A stretch of 64,000 bases of DNA. It comes from Octopus vulgaris. Taxonomy: Eukaryota. The notes under the pieces are model-generated. The model was not told where the DNA came from and made no database searches. It saw only the letters and a list, made by a program, of their open reading frames with translations. Below, piece by piece: positions 26,851 to 40,614 of the stretch; positions within the stretch are counted from its first letter, which is position 1; every line of letters begins with the position of its first letter. Position numbers and translations under genes: made by a program. The stretch lies in NCBI GenBank assembly GCA_951406725.2, contig OX597834.1, positions 24,800,001-24,864,000 on the forward strand. Reading direction: 5' to 3'.

Positions 26851-27184
26851 TGAATTCTTTTTTCTCGTTCCTCCCGAATTCTGTGATACCTCTGCCTTTA
26901 AATCTCTCCTCTCTCTCTCTCCATGTGACCGGTGTTCGGCCAAGCCTGACCTTTCTTTCTTGGTTCGACTACAATCCGTGCAACATCTATATTCCTCCCC
27001 ATGCCTGTCATCTCTTATGTCTTTGCCGTAAGGCTTCACTTCCACACACGCCTGCTTAATTTAATTCATCCTTAGTCGAAAGACACCTGTTGTTTATATC
27101 CTGCTATTAGTATTTGTATTCGTGTACCATTTCTCCGTTTTTTTTTGCCCTCCTTGTTTTTCCTTGTCCCTTTTTTGTGTTATG

Positions 27185-27269
<85 letters not shown>

Positions 27270-27349
27270 CGTATACTCATGCACATACGCATATATACAC
27301 GCACATATTAGTGTACATCACTCTCTTTCTCTCTCTCTCTATCTATCTA

Positions 27350-27396
<47 letters not shown>

Positions 27397-27401
27397 GTAT
27401 G

Positions 27402-27435
<34 letters not shown>

Positions 27436-27436
<1 letters not shown>

Positions 27437-27721
27437 TAGCAGTATCGCCCGGCGTTGCTCGGGTTTGTAAGGGAAATAACTATATAAGCATTTTTAGAGA
27501 GTTATAGCCGAAAAAATGCATTAAAAATGGAAAAAAATGATGGTAAATTTTTTTTTAAATCGTAGACTCATCGTAGACGCGCGCTAATACCCAGAAGGGC
27601 TCGATATGAATCACGACTATAAGATACCCGGTTTTGGTTAAACTGCACCACAAAATGTGGGAGTAGTTAGGAATCTAAATCGTAGGAGACAGACACACAA
27701 CTTCTCTTTTATATATAAAGA
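27436..27721 (-). mobile_element. Non-autonomous Helitron
   Basis: The minus strand starts TC (tctttatatataaaag) and ends with hairpin cccgagcaacgccggg followed by ...CTAG; inserted between A and T with no TSD. Confidence 0.82.
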
Positions 27722-28182
27722 TATATATATCCGAATGTATGCATCTACGTATATATGAGTGAATATGTATATGTAGCTCTAACCTCGTTTCTGTCCACAC
27801 ATTTGGAAAAGGTGTAGAAACGTTTTGTAGGTAGTGAGGCCAGTATGGGAAGCGAGATATTCTTGGTAAAATAAATATCCGGTCTGTTTGTAAACTCTGC
27901 CATCCACATTGTTGCTGTCGATACCACCAGAGGCATTCTTTAAGAAGTCTTCTTGCACTTTGACTGGCATCGTTTCTACTACTCACCTTCACACACACAC
28001 ACACACATACATATACATAGTCACGCTTGTCGAAGTTAACACCTATAGGTATAGTTAGAGAAACACGCACGCACAAAAAACACGTGTATACTCAGACTTA
28101 TGTATGTACATGGTATATATGTATTATGTGCGTCTGTATACACGCATATATATATATATATATATATATATTTAAATTTAAA

Positions 28183-28413
28183 GGCAGTGAGCTGGCAGAA
28201 ACGTTAGCACGCCGGGCGAAATGCGTAGCCGTATTTCGTCTGCCGTTACGTTCTGAGTTCAAATTCCGCCGAGGTCAACTTTGCCTTTCATCCTTTCGGG
28301 GTCGATAAATTAAGTACCAGTTACGCACTGGTTTCGATGTAATCGACTTAATCCGTTTGTCTGCCCTTGTTTGTCCCCTCTGTGTTTAGCCCCTTGTGGG
28401 TAGTAAAGAAATA
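28183..28413 (+). mobile_element. SINE family A, full-length monomer (tail type A)
   Basis: Head, B box, core and gtagtaaagaaata tail all present. Confidence 0.88.
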
Positions 28414-30709
28414 TATATATGTGTGTATATATGCACATGTAAGGATGTATACACGTGTTTATATCTCTATGTGTGTATATATGCATGTGTGTATGCGTAT
28501 GAATATATATGCGTACATGTGTGTACTTAATACATAATGTGTATATGTGTGTATATAATATACATATCTACATTTGTGTGAATGTTTATGTAAATAGGTA
28601 TGTGTATATATAAAAAATCTAGCAAAAATGCAACAAAGGGAAATATTACGAAAGCATAAATAGTAAATTTGTATCTTATTCCTCATCAGTCAACGTTGAA
28701 AAGATCATTACAATTTTGCGCCTTTAATGTTGATATTGTTCCCTGTTGGCGGTGCCAGTCGCAAAAAAGACACTGGTGATAACCAACAAATGTACAGGAC
28801 AATGACGAAAAGAAACCCGACAAAATAAAACATACATATACAAGAAAAGCAGCCGTGCGGCAGCAAGACATTGACGTGGGGTAACGCAAAGGAAAATAAA
28901 AATGTCGTGTAGGAATGGAGGCTAGAGAAGGATAGACAGAAAGTTAGAGGGGAGGAAAAAGTAAAGTATTAGGGAGGAAAAGAGAGAGAAAGAGAGTGAG
29001 AGGAAGGCAAAAGAGAGACACAGGAAGAGAAAGCGACAGAAATAGATTATTTTGGTGTTTATTTACTATTTGAGAATTTTCTGCCGGAACCAGGACATTT
29101 TTAACTAAGTGCCCTTTTATGTAAGATACTATCTCAAGAAGACGTAGGCTTTCGATGCGTTATTCTGAGTTTCACATTCCCCAAATATACAAACTACCGA
29201 AGAAAGAAAGGATCTTGAGAATACATTGCAAAAATATTCGAAAACACAATGAAATAATGAATAGTCAACAATGCTTCAAGATTTGATAGTTACTACAAAT
29301 GTGTCCTACATTCATTTATTTATTGCTATGTGCAGAAGATATCCTTTCGTTGACGCTAGTTCATATCCCTCACCGCACTTTCGCTTCCAATGCTAGCGAA
29401 AGATAATTGTTGTTGCTATTTTTTGCTTCCGTTTTTGCTAAAGTTGCATTTCTTCCAGATTTTAGATTTTCAAATTAGCACTCTGTATTTTTAAAACCAT
29501 GTTTGTTTGATTGTCGTATGTTTTTGAAGTCTGTCTTAATATTTGCAAAAGTTTGGGCTGCGTAGTTTAAATATTGAGACTACCAGCAACACTATTGCTA
29601 GCATCTCTTGCCGCTGCAACCACAAATGAACACAACAAACGACGACCGCTCCGTAATATAAACACAGCAACAAGGTTTAGAGGATATTTTTGTCACTCCA
29701 GGAAATGAGTCGGATGTTTAAATGTCTCGAAATCATTTTACTGTTGGTAAAAGAAACTAAGAAAATAAAATACAGATTTCAATCAGTGATTCTCAAAAAA
29801 AAAAACAAAAATAAAAAACAAACACCTTCTCAGCAAACATCTGTGTTGGCGGCAAGCATTCAGCTGAGCAAATAAACTTTGCGACATTTTTTCGCACCTT
29901 TGTGTTCTGAGTTCAAATCCTGCGTGGGGTAGTCTTTGCATTTTATATCAACGACGTCGATAAAATAAACTACCAGTCACGCACTGTGGGGCGCTGATAT
30001 TGATTAGCCTGTTCTTTCCAAAATAACTGGCCATGTGCTTAAATTAGATACATTTAACAATAGCAATAAGAATAATAACACTTTCTATTATAGGCACAAG
30101 ATCTGAAAATTTGAGGGAGGGGTCTAGTCGGTTATATCGACCCCAGTGCTTAACTGGTACTTATTTCATCGACCTCTACGGAAAATGATGATGATGATGA
30201 TGATTTTTTCATTAGCCACAGCGGCAAAGAGAGTCGACAATTTGTGTGAGTGTTTACATAAAAGATGAGGAGAAAGAGATGGAAAAGCAATAGTGTTGCT
30301 GGTAGTCTCAATATTTAAACTACACAGCCCAAACTTTTGCAAATATTAAGACATACGACAATCAAAGAAACATGGTTTTAAAAATACAGAGTGCTAATTT
30401 GAAAATCTAAAATCTGGAAGAAAACAACAATTATCTATATATATATATGGTACTGCCCCAGCATGACCGCAACTTTAAAGCTGAAACAATTTAAATTTTA
30501 AAAATATTTATATCTAATATGCGCGTGCGCGCACACACACGGACCCCTAACTTCTACTCCCTCTACCCCACTCGATGTTCCCCGTTTTTTTGACAGACTT
30601 CTCTGCAAGTATGACACTTCCGCTAAAACGGATCATCAAAAGTTCACATATACATTTCGGCTATATGCTTCAATATATACAAGTATGTGTGTGTATGTAT
30701 GTGTGTGTA

Positions 30710-30750
<41 letters not shown>

Positions 30751-31196
30751 AAATAGAAACATTATATAACACACACATACATGACACACAACACACGTAC
30801 ACTCACATACGCACATATATACGCACTTGAAATTCCGTGCAAGGATGTTGACACCTATGTGTGTATGTGTTTCGCTCTCTTTTATTTATATTTAAGTAGA
30901 TGTAGTCATATATATAAATATATATATATGACCTACGAAACGTGGAGTAGATGGAATTAAGGCGACTGAAGAAGGGGAATTTTCCTTGTTTTGTATGTCC
31001 TGTACTCTTTTTTCGTTGTTTTAAAAAAATGTCCATTTCCTTGGTTTTGTGTTTATGTTTTCGTTTCTCATTGTGTTCGACGTTTTTTTTTTTTTTGGTG
31101 TCCTGTACCCATATATGCATGTATATATACATGTAGCGGTAGGTACGTACATATATGTATGTATATATGCATATTTTTTTTATTTATTTATTAATT

Positions 31197-31234
<38 letters not shown>

Positions 31235-31299
31235 GTTTAAATATTTGTTGTGCAAGATTTTTTATTGGCTAAACTGGCAATATGACCATTCCGAAATAT

Positions 31300-31348
<49 letters not shown>

Positions 31349-31707
31349 TGGGCTAGTGGGTGTCATGGTGCACCCTGCTTGTGATTTACTTTGATGGGTA
31401 TTTTCATGTAGCCCTGGGTCTCTAACAAGTCAGAAAATTGATGCTGCCAGCAAAAAAAATCTGGGACGGAAGATGACCCCATGGAATTTTTAACCATGCC
31501 CACTTTTACCGCTTGAGGCAGAAAATTAAGGGTATGGAAAATTTAAACAGCTCTAACTTTGCAACTCTTGACCAAAATATTTCAAGTGACCACTTATAAT
31601 GATTGCCTGGTCAAGATCTACAAGTTCATGGAAATGATAAGCAAATTGCTTCCGTAAAAAGGTCACTAGAGGTCAAAAGGTCGCAAACTTTGAACTTTAC
31701 CTATTAA

Positions 31708-31771
<64 letters not shown>

Positions 31772-31776
<5 letters not shown>

Positions 31777-32120
31777 TATTAGGGAATAAATCCAAACTTA
31801 CAGGGAAAAATCAGATTTAGGATTGAATCCAATTTTATAGTAAAATATTATATTATATTAAATTAGAGACAAAACCACTATTAGGCAAATCAAACAATGA
31901 AAAACTTAATCCAATACATAATATTATTTGATTTATATTATTTAAATATATAACAAAATTATTAAAAATATATAATTAATATCACACTACGATCGTTTCA
32001 TGCCTGCTAACATCTTCAAATTTTTTAGTCGCAGTCATTCATTATGTATTGGATTAAGTTTTTCATTGTTTGATTTGCCTAATAGTGGTTTTGTCTCTAA
32101 TAGTGGTTTTGTCTCTATAT
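31772..32120 (-). mobile_element. (TA)n-embedded fold-back mini-element with hammerhead-like motif (Penelope-derived)
   Basis: 60-bp inverted arms at 31863-31922 and 32041-32100; the loop's minus strand reads TTGAAGA-tgttagcaggcat-GAAA-CGATC-GTA. Confidence 0.6.
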
Positions 32121-32124
32121 ATTA

Positions 32125-32155
<31 letters not shown>

Positions 32156-32198
32156 CTTAGATACAGACTCATCCATATCCTTTTCTTCATCTTTGCAG

Positions 32199-32342
32199 GT
32201 CCATTAGCCACTGTGCTATGTAACCGGTTCTCCTGTCGGATAGTCGCCATATTAGGAGGTATTATCCTGGCAATCGGTTTCCTCATTACCTCTAATGTCA
32301 ACAAGATAGAATATCTTTACGTGAGTTTCGGACTTATAGGAG
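32199..32342 (+). CDS. SLC16/MCT-like transporter, coding exon 3 (not in ORF track)
   Basis: ttcatctttgcag|GT...GGAG|gtaagt; 144 nt, phase 1-1; (G)PLATVLCNRFSCRIVAILGGIILAIGFLITSNVNKIEYLYVSFGLIG(G), the typical MFS loop 2-3 motif. Confidence 0.93.
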
Positions 32343-32401
32343 GTAAGTAGCGTTTGTTAATTAACTTAGAACCACTCACTTTCACACGCGCACAAAACAC
32401 A

Positions 32402-32441
<40 letters not shown>

Positions 32442-32529
32442 AGAGTTCACGAAAAAAACAAAGGACGAAGACAGGTGGTGTACAAAACAAACAGATGTAT
32501 TAGTATAACGCTCAGGAATAGAAAAATTC

Positions 32530-32565
32530 GTTTACGTTTCGAGCCTACGCTCTTCTACAGAAAGG
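32530..32565 (-). ncRNA. Minimal type-I hammerhead-like motif (variant core) in a (TA)n-flanked mini-element (32439-32590)
   Basis: Minus strand CTGTAGA-A-GAGC-gtag-GCTC-GAAA-C-GTA; A6 is replaced by U relative to CUGANGA. Confidence 0.5.
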
Positions 32566-32911
32566 AACACAGAAAAAAAAACATATATATAAATAAATAA
32601 GGAAAATGATGCTGAGAAATTGGTGCCGATAAGGTTACAATTAGGTTATCTGTTACGTTCACAAAATATCCTATGATTATGATTGTATTCATTGGTTGTT
32701 TGTGGTGGATAGGCTGTGCACCCAGTGGACGTTTCTACTGAGGCACATTACAACCTCATAGCCTAGCTAAAGATCAACCTCTAGGATTTGTTGTCTTATG
32801 TCAATGTCAGAAATCTATGTAATTCTCATTGACAGCTCCGTTACAAATACGAAACATTCAAAGGTTTGTCAGGTAATCTTTGGAGAAATATTTGATTATC
32901 TTTTATATTTC

Positions 32912-33284
32912 ATCTTTTACTTGTTTCAGTCATTAGACTGCGGCCATGCTGGGGCACCGCCTTGAAAAATTTTTTGTCGAATGAACCAACCCCTGTACTT
33001 TTCCATTTTATAGCCGAACCGCTAATTTACGCGGACGTAAACACACGAAGCTATAGTGAGGGACAAAAACAGACACAAAGACACATACATTGATATATAT
33101 ATATATATATATATACACATGAGGTCCTTCTTTCGGTTTCCGTCTACCAAATCCACTCAAAAGGCTTTGGTCGGCCCGAAACTATAGTAAAAAGCACTTG
33201 CCCAAGATGCCCCGCACTGGGACTCAACCCAGAACAATGTGGTTTGGAAGCTAGCTTCTTACCACACCGCCACGCCTGCGCCTA
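32912..33284 (-). mobile_element. SINE family B, diverged
   Basis: cttttacttgtttcagtc tail through to ccacgcctgcgcc head. Confidence 0.8.
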
Positions 33285-34585
33285 ACTTTTAATATCAGAA
33301 TTGAACACACAACTGGCATAATAGATTGAACTTTAAAAGAAGTCCTTATATTTTCAATCTGTTTGATAAATTCAATTTAGAATAATTTACGAAGCTAAAA
33401 AAAAAAGGATAGGATGAAAGGCAAAGTTGACCTCGGCGAAATCGGAAATCATAAAATAGGCAGCCGGAAGAAATGTCACTAAGCATTTTGTCCGACGTGT
33501 TACCGATTTGTGTGCAATATGGTAATGTGGAGGGAGTTCGATTTTGGTATAGATTGGCTATTACAAATTGGAATATTATGCAAATTTGATGCAAACATAT
33601 GCAAATGCAGATGAAAAACTGTCTGTATTGAATCAATGGCGCCCACGTCGACTGTGGAGAGGGAGAGAATAAAATTTGAATGTTTCGGGACGATTCTTGT
33701 AATCAAAGCCTTTTATGGTATTCATTTTTATGCCCTTTTATTTTATTTAATTACATATTTATGAATTTTTACGATTGTCTTCTTAGATGCCTCCATTCCC
33801 TTGATACTTCTTATCGCTGCCGTTTGGTGGCGCTGCTGTTGGTAATAATGTTTTGTTTTGCTTTAATGTTTGATTTTTTTGTTTTCTGTTTAATGTTTCG
33901 ACTTTCCTGAAAAAGGTTGGTTTCCCTCCTGGGACCCAACTTCTATTTTTATTGACAGTCTGTATTGGGGATGAAATTTAAGTATATATTGGTAACTATA
34001 TCTTCAAACATCTGCCATTATGTCTATATATGCATATGCACACACACACACACACACGCACACACATACGTATGTATGTATGTATAGAATTAGTATATTT
34101 TTTATTGTTCTTTAGTTGGCAGAATATTACAAAGGTGACTCAGGGCCAAGTGTTCAGACATATTTGAGAAGCGTCATGCACGAAACTTTCGCCCCTTAAA
34201 GTTTCATCAGAAACATTTAAGCATACACTCAGGAAGGCAATTACCAATGGGAAAACAAATGTATGGAGGGTAGAAATCCACGGGCTCCCACTACAAATAA
34301 AATTGTACGCATTTTCTTTTCTCATTAGTATTCGCCATCCTATATGTAATGCATACATGTTTTTGTTTTCTCAAATAAACTGCACTTCACGTTTGAGGAT
34401 CTAATGGAACTGTAAGGTATTAGTTAGGCATTCAACCATGAGTCCAACACATGGTGGAAAGAGCAGTAAGCTAATTAAGTTCAAAAGATAATCCGTTATT
34501 CCTTTGGCATTTCTTTTCTTATTCTCACCCTGTACCCGTCTAACACTTCGTTCACATGCATACGTATAATGAGTTCTACACCATA

Positions 34586-34969
34586 GTGGAGGCGCAATGG
34601 CCCAGTGGTTAGGGCGGCGGACTCGTAGTCGTACGATCGCGGTTTCGATTCCCAGACCGGGCGTTGTGAGTGTTTATTGAGCGAAAACACCTAAAAGCTC
34701 CACGAGGCTCCAGCAGGGGGTGGTGATCCCTGCTGTACTCTTTCACCATAACTTTCTCCCACTCTTACTTCCTGTTTCTGTTGTACCAGTATTTCAAGGG
34801 ACCGGCCTTGTCACTCTCTGTGTCACGCTGAATATCCCCGAGAACTACGTTAAGGGTGCACGTGTCTGTGGAGTGCTCAGCCACTTACACGTTAATTTCA
34901 CGAGCAGGCTGTTCCGTTGATTCGGATCAACCGGAACCCTCATCGTCGTAACCGACGGAGTGCTTCCAG
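34586..34969 (+). mobile_element. SINE family C (tRNA-derived head, different 3' part from the 14808 copy)
   Basis: tggcccagtggttagg A box, ggtttcgattccc B box; tctacacca direct repeat at 34575 and 34970. Confidence 0.82.
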
Positions 34970-35857
34970 TCTACACCAAAAGATTCCCTTTCGGTCATAA
35001 ATGACTATGGGATTCCACCTAGAAATCCCACCCCCCGAGGCTAAGTCCAGGCAAGGTTGTTTATTGAAGACCAGCAGTCGCCGGTGCATACCAGCTTCCC
35101 CTTTCCATGCCTCCGATGTTTTCCACGAGAAAGGCAAAGGCCAAGACATCTTGGCACCAGTGACGCTGCAACTCATTTCTAAAACTGAGTGAAATGCAAC
35201 AACGTGAAGTGCCTTGCTCAGGAGCACAACAGACAGTCCGGTCCAGGAATCGAACTCACCACCTAATGATTGTGAGACCAATGCTCTAACCACTGTGCAT
35301 GCGCCTTCTCTCTCTCTTTCACATACACACACATATGCATATTCGCAGACATGTGTAATGTGGTGTATATGATGCATTATACACATCTCAAAAACCCGAA
35401 CACACATCTGCTTTACTTTTACTGCAGTCATCCTTCAACCATCAGCATCATCATCACCATTAGCACCAGCACCAGCAATCCCTTACACCATCGACAGTAA
35501 TTCTTTAACTACCACCACCACCACCACCACCACCACTACAACCACCATCTCCGCTTGACGTGCGTCATTTAACACCGTTTAGCACCATGCAAAACCATTT
35601 TAAATGTGGGACAACTTCCAATAAAATACGAGCAGATGGTTAATTTGCTTTTAAAAGCCTTCTTCCCCACCCCCGGCAGCATCCTCTCGCCACCATCTGC
35701 TCACTTTTTTTTTATTGATCAGAGCTGAATTATTAAAAATTATAACACTTCTCAATGGTAAAAATGATTTTTACATTATTAAATCGGCCAAATGAGCTTT
35801 TAGGTGAGGTGTTGGTATTATTGTCACTTCAAATTATCATTATTATTATTATCATCA

Positions 35858-35908
<51 letters not shown>

Positions 35909-35912
35909 CTAT

Positions 35913-36310
35913 TGCTGGTGAGCTGGCAGAATCGTTAGCACGCCGGGCGAAATGCTTAGCAGTATTTCGTCTGCCGTTACGTTCTGAATTCAAACTCCGC
36001 CGAGGTCGACTTTGCCTTTCATCCTTTCGGGGTCGATAAATTAGGTACCATTTACGCACTGGGGTCGATGTAATCGACTTAATCCGTTTGTCTGTCCTTC
36101 TTTGTCCTCTCTGTGTTTAGCCCCTTGTAGGTAGTAAAGAAATACGTATTTCGTCTGCCGCTATGTTCTGAGTTCAAATTCCGCTGAGGTTGACTTTGCC
36201 TTTCATCCTTTCGGGGTCGATTAAATAAGTACCAGTTATGCACTGGGGTTGATGTAATCTATTTATCCTCTCCTCCAAAACTGCTGCCCTTGTGGCAAAA
36301 TTTGAAACCA
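35913..36310 (+). mobile_element. SINE family A: head + two tandem units (tail A then tail B)
   Basis: Junction gaaatacgtatttc at 36139-36152; follows (TTA)n. Confidence 0.85.
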
Positions 36311-36970
36311 TGATTACCATTCTCATGATTGAAGGCGTCGAGCTCGCAGAATCATTAGCGTGTAGATAAAATGCTTATCGGCATTTTTCTTCTGGCTATT
36401 TGCGTTCCGAGTTCAAATACCGTCAATATTTTTTTTTCATCCTTTTGGGGTCGATAAGATAAAGAACCATTTAAGTAATAAGGTTGCTGCAATCGAATAA
36501 GCCCACCCCGCTAAAAACTGATGGCCTTGTGCCAAAATTTGAAACCATTCTTAATTAGGCAAGAAATCGACATGTAATCAAAGAAATCATTATTATAACG
36601 GGAATAATGATTTAACCATTTAACTAAATACTAAGTAAATAGTTAGCTAAATATATAATTTAAGAAACAGTTAATTGGATAAAGACTTTCTTAGAAAATC
36701 TAAACTATATCCTGTGTGGAGTTTATTTCCATTGGCGTAATTTACAAAACTGTTTGAAATATAATATGAACGAAAGTTATGAGTAAGGTTATTAGTAACA
36801 CTGTATGCGTGGATGTGTTGCTTGTGCATAGCGTTTGGTGGTGGGAGAGATCTGAATGACTATGGAGGAAGTGAGATTGTCGTCATCGCCGAGGTGAATG
36901 TCGTCGGCAGCGTTGTCGTTTAATCCTTTATCATCTTTGACACATTAACGAGTTTCTTAGACTTGATACT

Positions 36971-37450
36971 TATTTCTTTACTACCCACAAGGGGCTAAAC
37001 ACAGAGAGGACAAATAAGGACAGACACACGGATCAAGTCGATTACATCTACCCCTGTCCTTGTTTGTCCCCTCTGTGTGTAGCCCCTTGTTGGCAGTAAA
37101 GAAATAGGTATTTCGTCTGCCGTTACGTTCTGAGTTCAAATTCCGCCGCGGTCGACTTTGCCTTTCATCCTTTCGGGGTCGATAAATTAAGTACCAGTTT
37201 ACGTACTGGTGTCAATGTAATCGACTCAATCCCTTTGTCTGTCCTTGTTTGTCCCTTCTATGTTTAGCCCCTTGTGGGTAATAAAAAAATAGGTATTTCG
37301 TCTGCCGTTACGTTCTGAGTTCAAATTTCCCCTAGGTCGACTTTGCCTTTCATCCTTACGGGGTCGATAAATTAAGTACCAGTTGTGTACTGGGATTGAT
37401 CTAAGTGACTGGCCCCCACCACCAAAATTTCGGGCCTTGTGCCTTGAGGA
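36971..37450. mobile_element. SINE family A cluster with inverted tail and two tandem units
   Basis: Tail in minus orientation at 36971-37054, then plus-orientation tail and units with junctions at 37101 and 37287. Confidence 0.8.
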
Positions 37451-37885
37451 GAAAAGAATATTTTTGTGTTTCTTAAATGGAAGGTAGTGATGTGAAGAAT
37501 ATTTGGCTGCTATGTCTACGAGATTGAGCAACCGCGTCGAGGAACACTAACTGGATCGTGTCATGAAAGTAGAAGGGAAATTCCATCCAAACTGATGAAA
37601 TCGGTTGATTAATATTGTTGCGGTTGTCGTGGCTGCTTATCCACCCACGCATCCCTATATATACATACTTATACATACATTTATGTATATGTACATAGAC
37701 AGGATGCGGCAAAAGAGCCTCCTGCATTTTAAGGTTAACAAATGTTTCGACAGCAAACGCCCAGTGTGCACCAGTCCAATGCATGATAATAAATAAAGTA
37801 AACGGCAGTAAAAGATTAGAAAGGTGAAGACACCATTACAGTCTGTCTAACATCACTAGTGCCAAATGGGAGGGTTTTCTGTCGA

Positions 37886-37939
<54 letters not shown>

Positions 37940-37941
<2 letters not shown>

Positions 37942-38161
37942 GGGTGCGGCTGACGTAACGCCCTTTTGTATTTGAGTTTTCTAATTTCTAATTGAGCTTC
38001 CTTTTCATTTCTCAAGTCTTCTGTGATTTTTTTCATTTGTTTATTATTCGTTTCTTTAAGTAATGCAATAAATTTGTGTTCAATAAAAAATTACTTAATA
38101 AACACATATATATACCATAAAAGTTGTTAAATGCGAAAGACGTCACTTCTGTCGCACCCTG
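37940..38161. mobile_element. Tc1/mariner-type MITE
   Basis: TA-cagggtgcg...cgcaccctg termini. Confidence 0.65.
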
Positions 38162-38333
38162 TTTGATTTATGTTAACATATAATAAGGAAATACGTGTAT
38201 TTATGTATATAGATGTATGTATATATGTATTATACACATATATGTTTGCACGTATCTACACACACTCACGTACACACACACACACACACACACGTACACA
38301 CACACACACACACGTACACATATATTCTATAAC

Positions 38334-38502
38334 TATTTCTTTATTGCCCACAAGGGGCTAAACATAGAGGGGACAAACAAGTACAGACAAACGAATTAAG
38401 TCGATTACATCGACCCCAGTGCGTAACTGGTACTTAATTTATCGACCCCGAAAGGATGAAATGTAAAGTCGACCCCGGCGGAATTTGAACACAGAACGCA
38501 GC
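38334..38502 (-). mobile_element. 5'-truncated SINE family A with TSD
   Basis: TSD atatattctataac at 38320-38333 and 38507-38520. Confidence 0.82.
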
Positions 38503-39060
38503 ACATATATATTCTATAACATTCACATCGCCAATTAACCAGTCCATTCCATTCCGTACACGACCAGTATATTTTAATTCTTGTTCTTCACAAAGTACAA
38601 AAAACACCACTTAGGCTAGTGTAAATATATTTATTCCCATTATTGAGATATCATTCAACGATATTTAACCTAATTTACCATATTTTAAAACTGTTACTTT
38701 AAGTTCTGGTGTTGTATGTTGGAGATAAAGCTAGAGGGAGGGGGAGCTTTATATTTACGAATCTTGTTTCATGAATAAGAAAACCGTCTGAAAGACAAAT
38801 ATAGTAAAACAAAAACAGTGTGAACGTCTACACACACACACACACACACACACAACATATATACACACACACACACACACAACATATACACACACCGCAC
38901 ACACAATACACGTATGTATTACATAACGTACATATATTTTATATAAAATATACATAATAAAGGCACTTTATGTAATATATATATGTGTGTGTTTGTGTGT
39001 ATTTATATATTACATGCATATATGTATGTAGGTATACAAACACACGCACGCGTTTGTATT

Positions 39061-39101
<41 letters not shown>

Positions 39102-39321
39102 GCAGATTTTGACAATAATTTTGTTGATTTAACCCTCCTCTCCCGTTTATAAAATTAGTTTTTCATTTGGTTTCTCATTTTTTTTTAAGGTGTTTTCTTT
39201 TTCATTTTTCCAATTTTATTTTGCTACATTTTATTTTCTGACACTTTATATTTTCTACCTCGATAGTTACAAAAATAATACGAAACAGAACAGACTAAAA
39301 AAAAAACACACACAAACATAA

Positions 39322-39356
<35 letters not shown>

Positions 39357-39860
39357 GAGACGGGGGAGGACTCACAGCCAAATTGTTTGGTAGTAGAATG
39401 AGATTAAATTCTCACACATAAAATAACACATCATAGAAGATACGAACAAATAAAAGAGAGAGATCTATTCTATTCAAAATTCTATCTGGCCTGCATATGT
39501 GTGTGTTACTTTAAGATGAGCAGTGCTGGTTAGGTCTTTCTACTATACGCTACTTTGTAACCAACATGGCGGCTCTCCCCAAAATAAGCGAGTCAGACAA
39601 ACAAACGTAACGTACATCTCTGTAAACCCAAAACAAACAACTGAATTAGGAATTGCTCAACGATGTTTATTTCTCACCGACACAGAACACACTTCTCATG
39701 TTAGTCACATTAAGTATGGTGGCCATTTAGGTTACTACCGTTTACAGTCTATCTTGAATAAGCCAGACCGGAAGATGTATCACACCGCCATTTTAGAAGC
39801 ATCAGTCTTGGGTCGGTACTTCATTCACGTATAAATCTCATAGTATGTTATCAATAATGC

Positions 39861-39923
<63 letters not shown>

Positions 39924-39966
39924 CATCCATCCATCCATCCATCCATCCATCCATCCATACCTATCC

Positions 39967-40003
<37 letters not shown>

Positions 40004-40358
40004 CCTACTATCTATCTATCTATCTATCTATCTATCGGTCTGTCTGTGTTTATATAAGTACGTACGTATATATATATGCATGTGTGTGTGTGTGTGTATG
40101 TGTGTGTGTGTGAGTGTGTGTGTGTGTGTAACAGTTTGTAAAGAACCTTTTTTATCTGGAAGCGTCGAAAGTGTTTCGTATTCTACAGACAAGGAAGTAA
40201 CATTTCGAACGCACCACAGCCATCAAAACAGTAGAAAGATTGGGTATTCCCCACGTGCTGGTAACTTTTTCCGTCTCTTAAGGGTAAATACCCAATCTTT
40301 CTACTATTTTCACGGCTATAGTGCGTTCGGAATATTGCTTTCTTAGCTTTCTTATCTG

Positions 40359-40403
<45 letters not shown>

Positions 40404-40445
40404 TTTCCCTCTGTCCTCCCACCTCGCGATCTTTCTTTCTCCTAT

Positions 40446-40480
40446 GTTTCCGACGAAGAGCTCCGCTCGAAACGTCATAC
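40446..40480 (+). ncRNA. Minimal type-I hammerhead ribozyme motif (Penelope-type)
   Basis: gttt-CCGACGA-A-GAGC-tcc-GCTC-GAAA-C-GTC-atac; the core matches CUGANGA...GAAA...NUH except U4>C; palindromic ACGT stem III. Confidence 0.62.
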
Positions 40481-40571
40481 CCTCTTCTTCCCTTTTTTCC
40501 AGAGCGCCCAATAATACTTTAATTGTTCCACATTCTTGCGTTGTTGTCTTTTTGTTTTCTTGTTTGGATTA

Positions 40572-40614
<43 letters not shown>

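Noticed and set aside
27760-27975. Possible transposase fragment (KNASGGIDSNNVDG...)
   Set aside because: Similarity is too vague to assign without a search.
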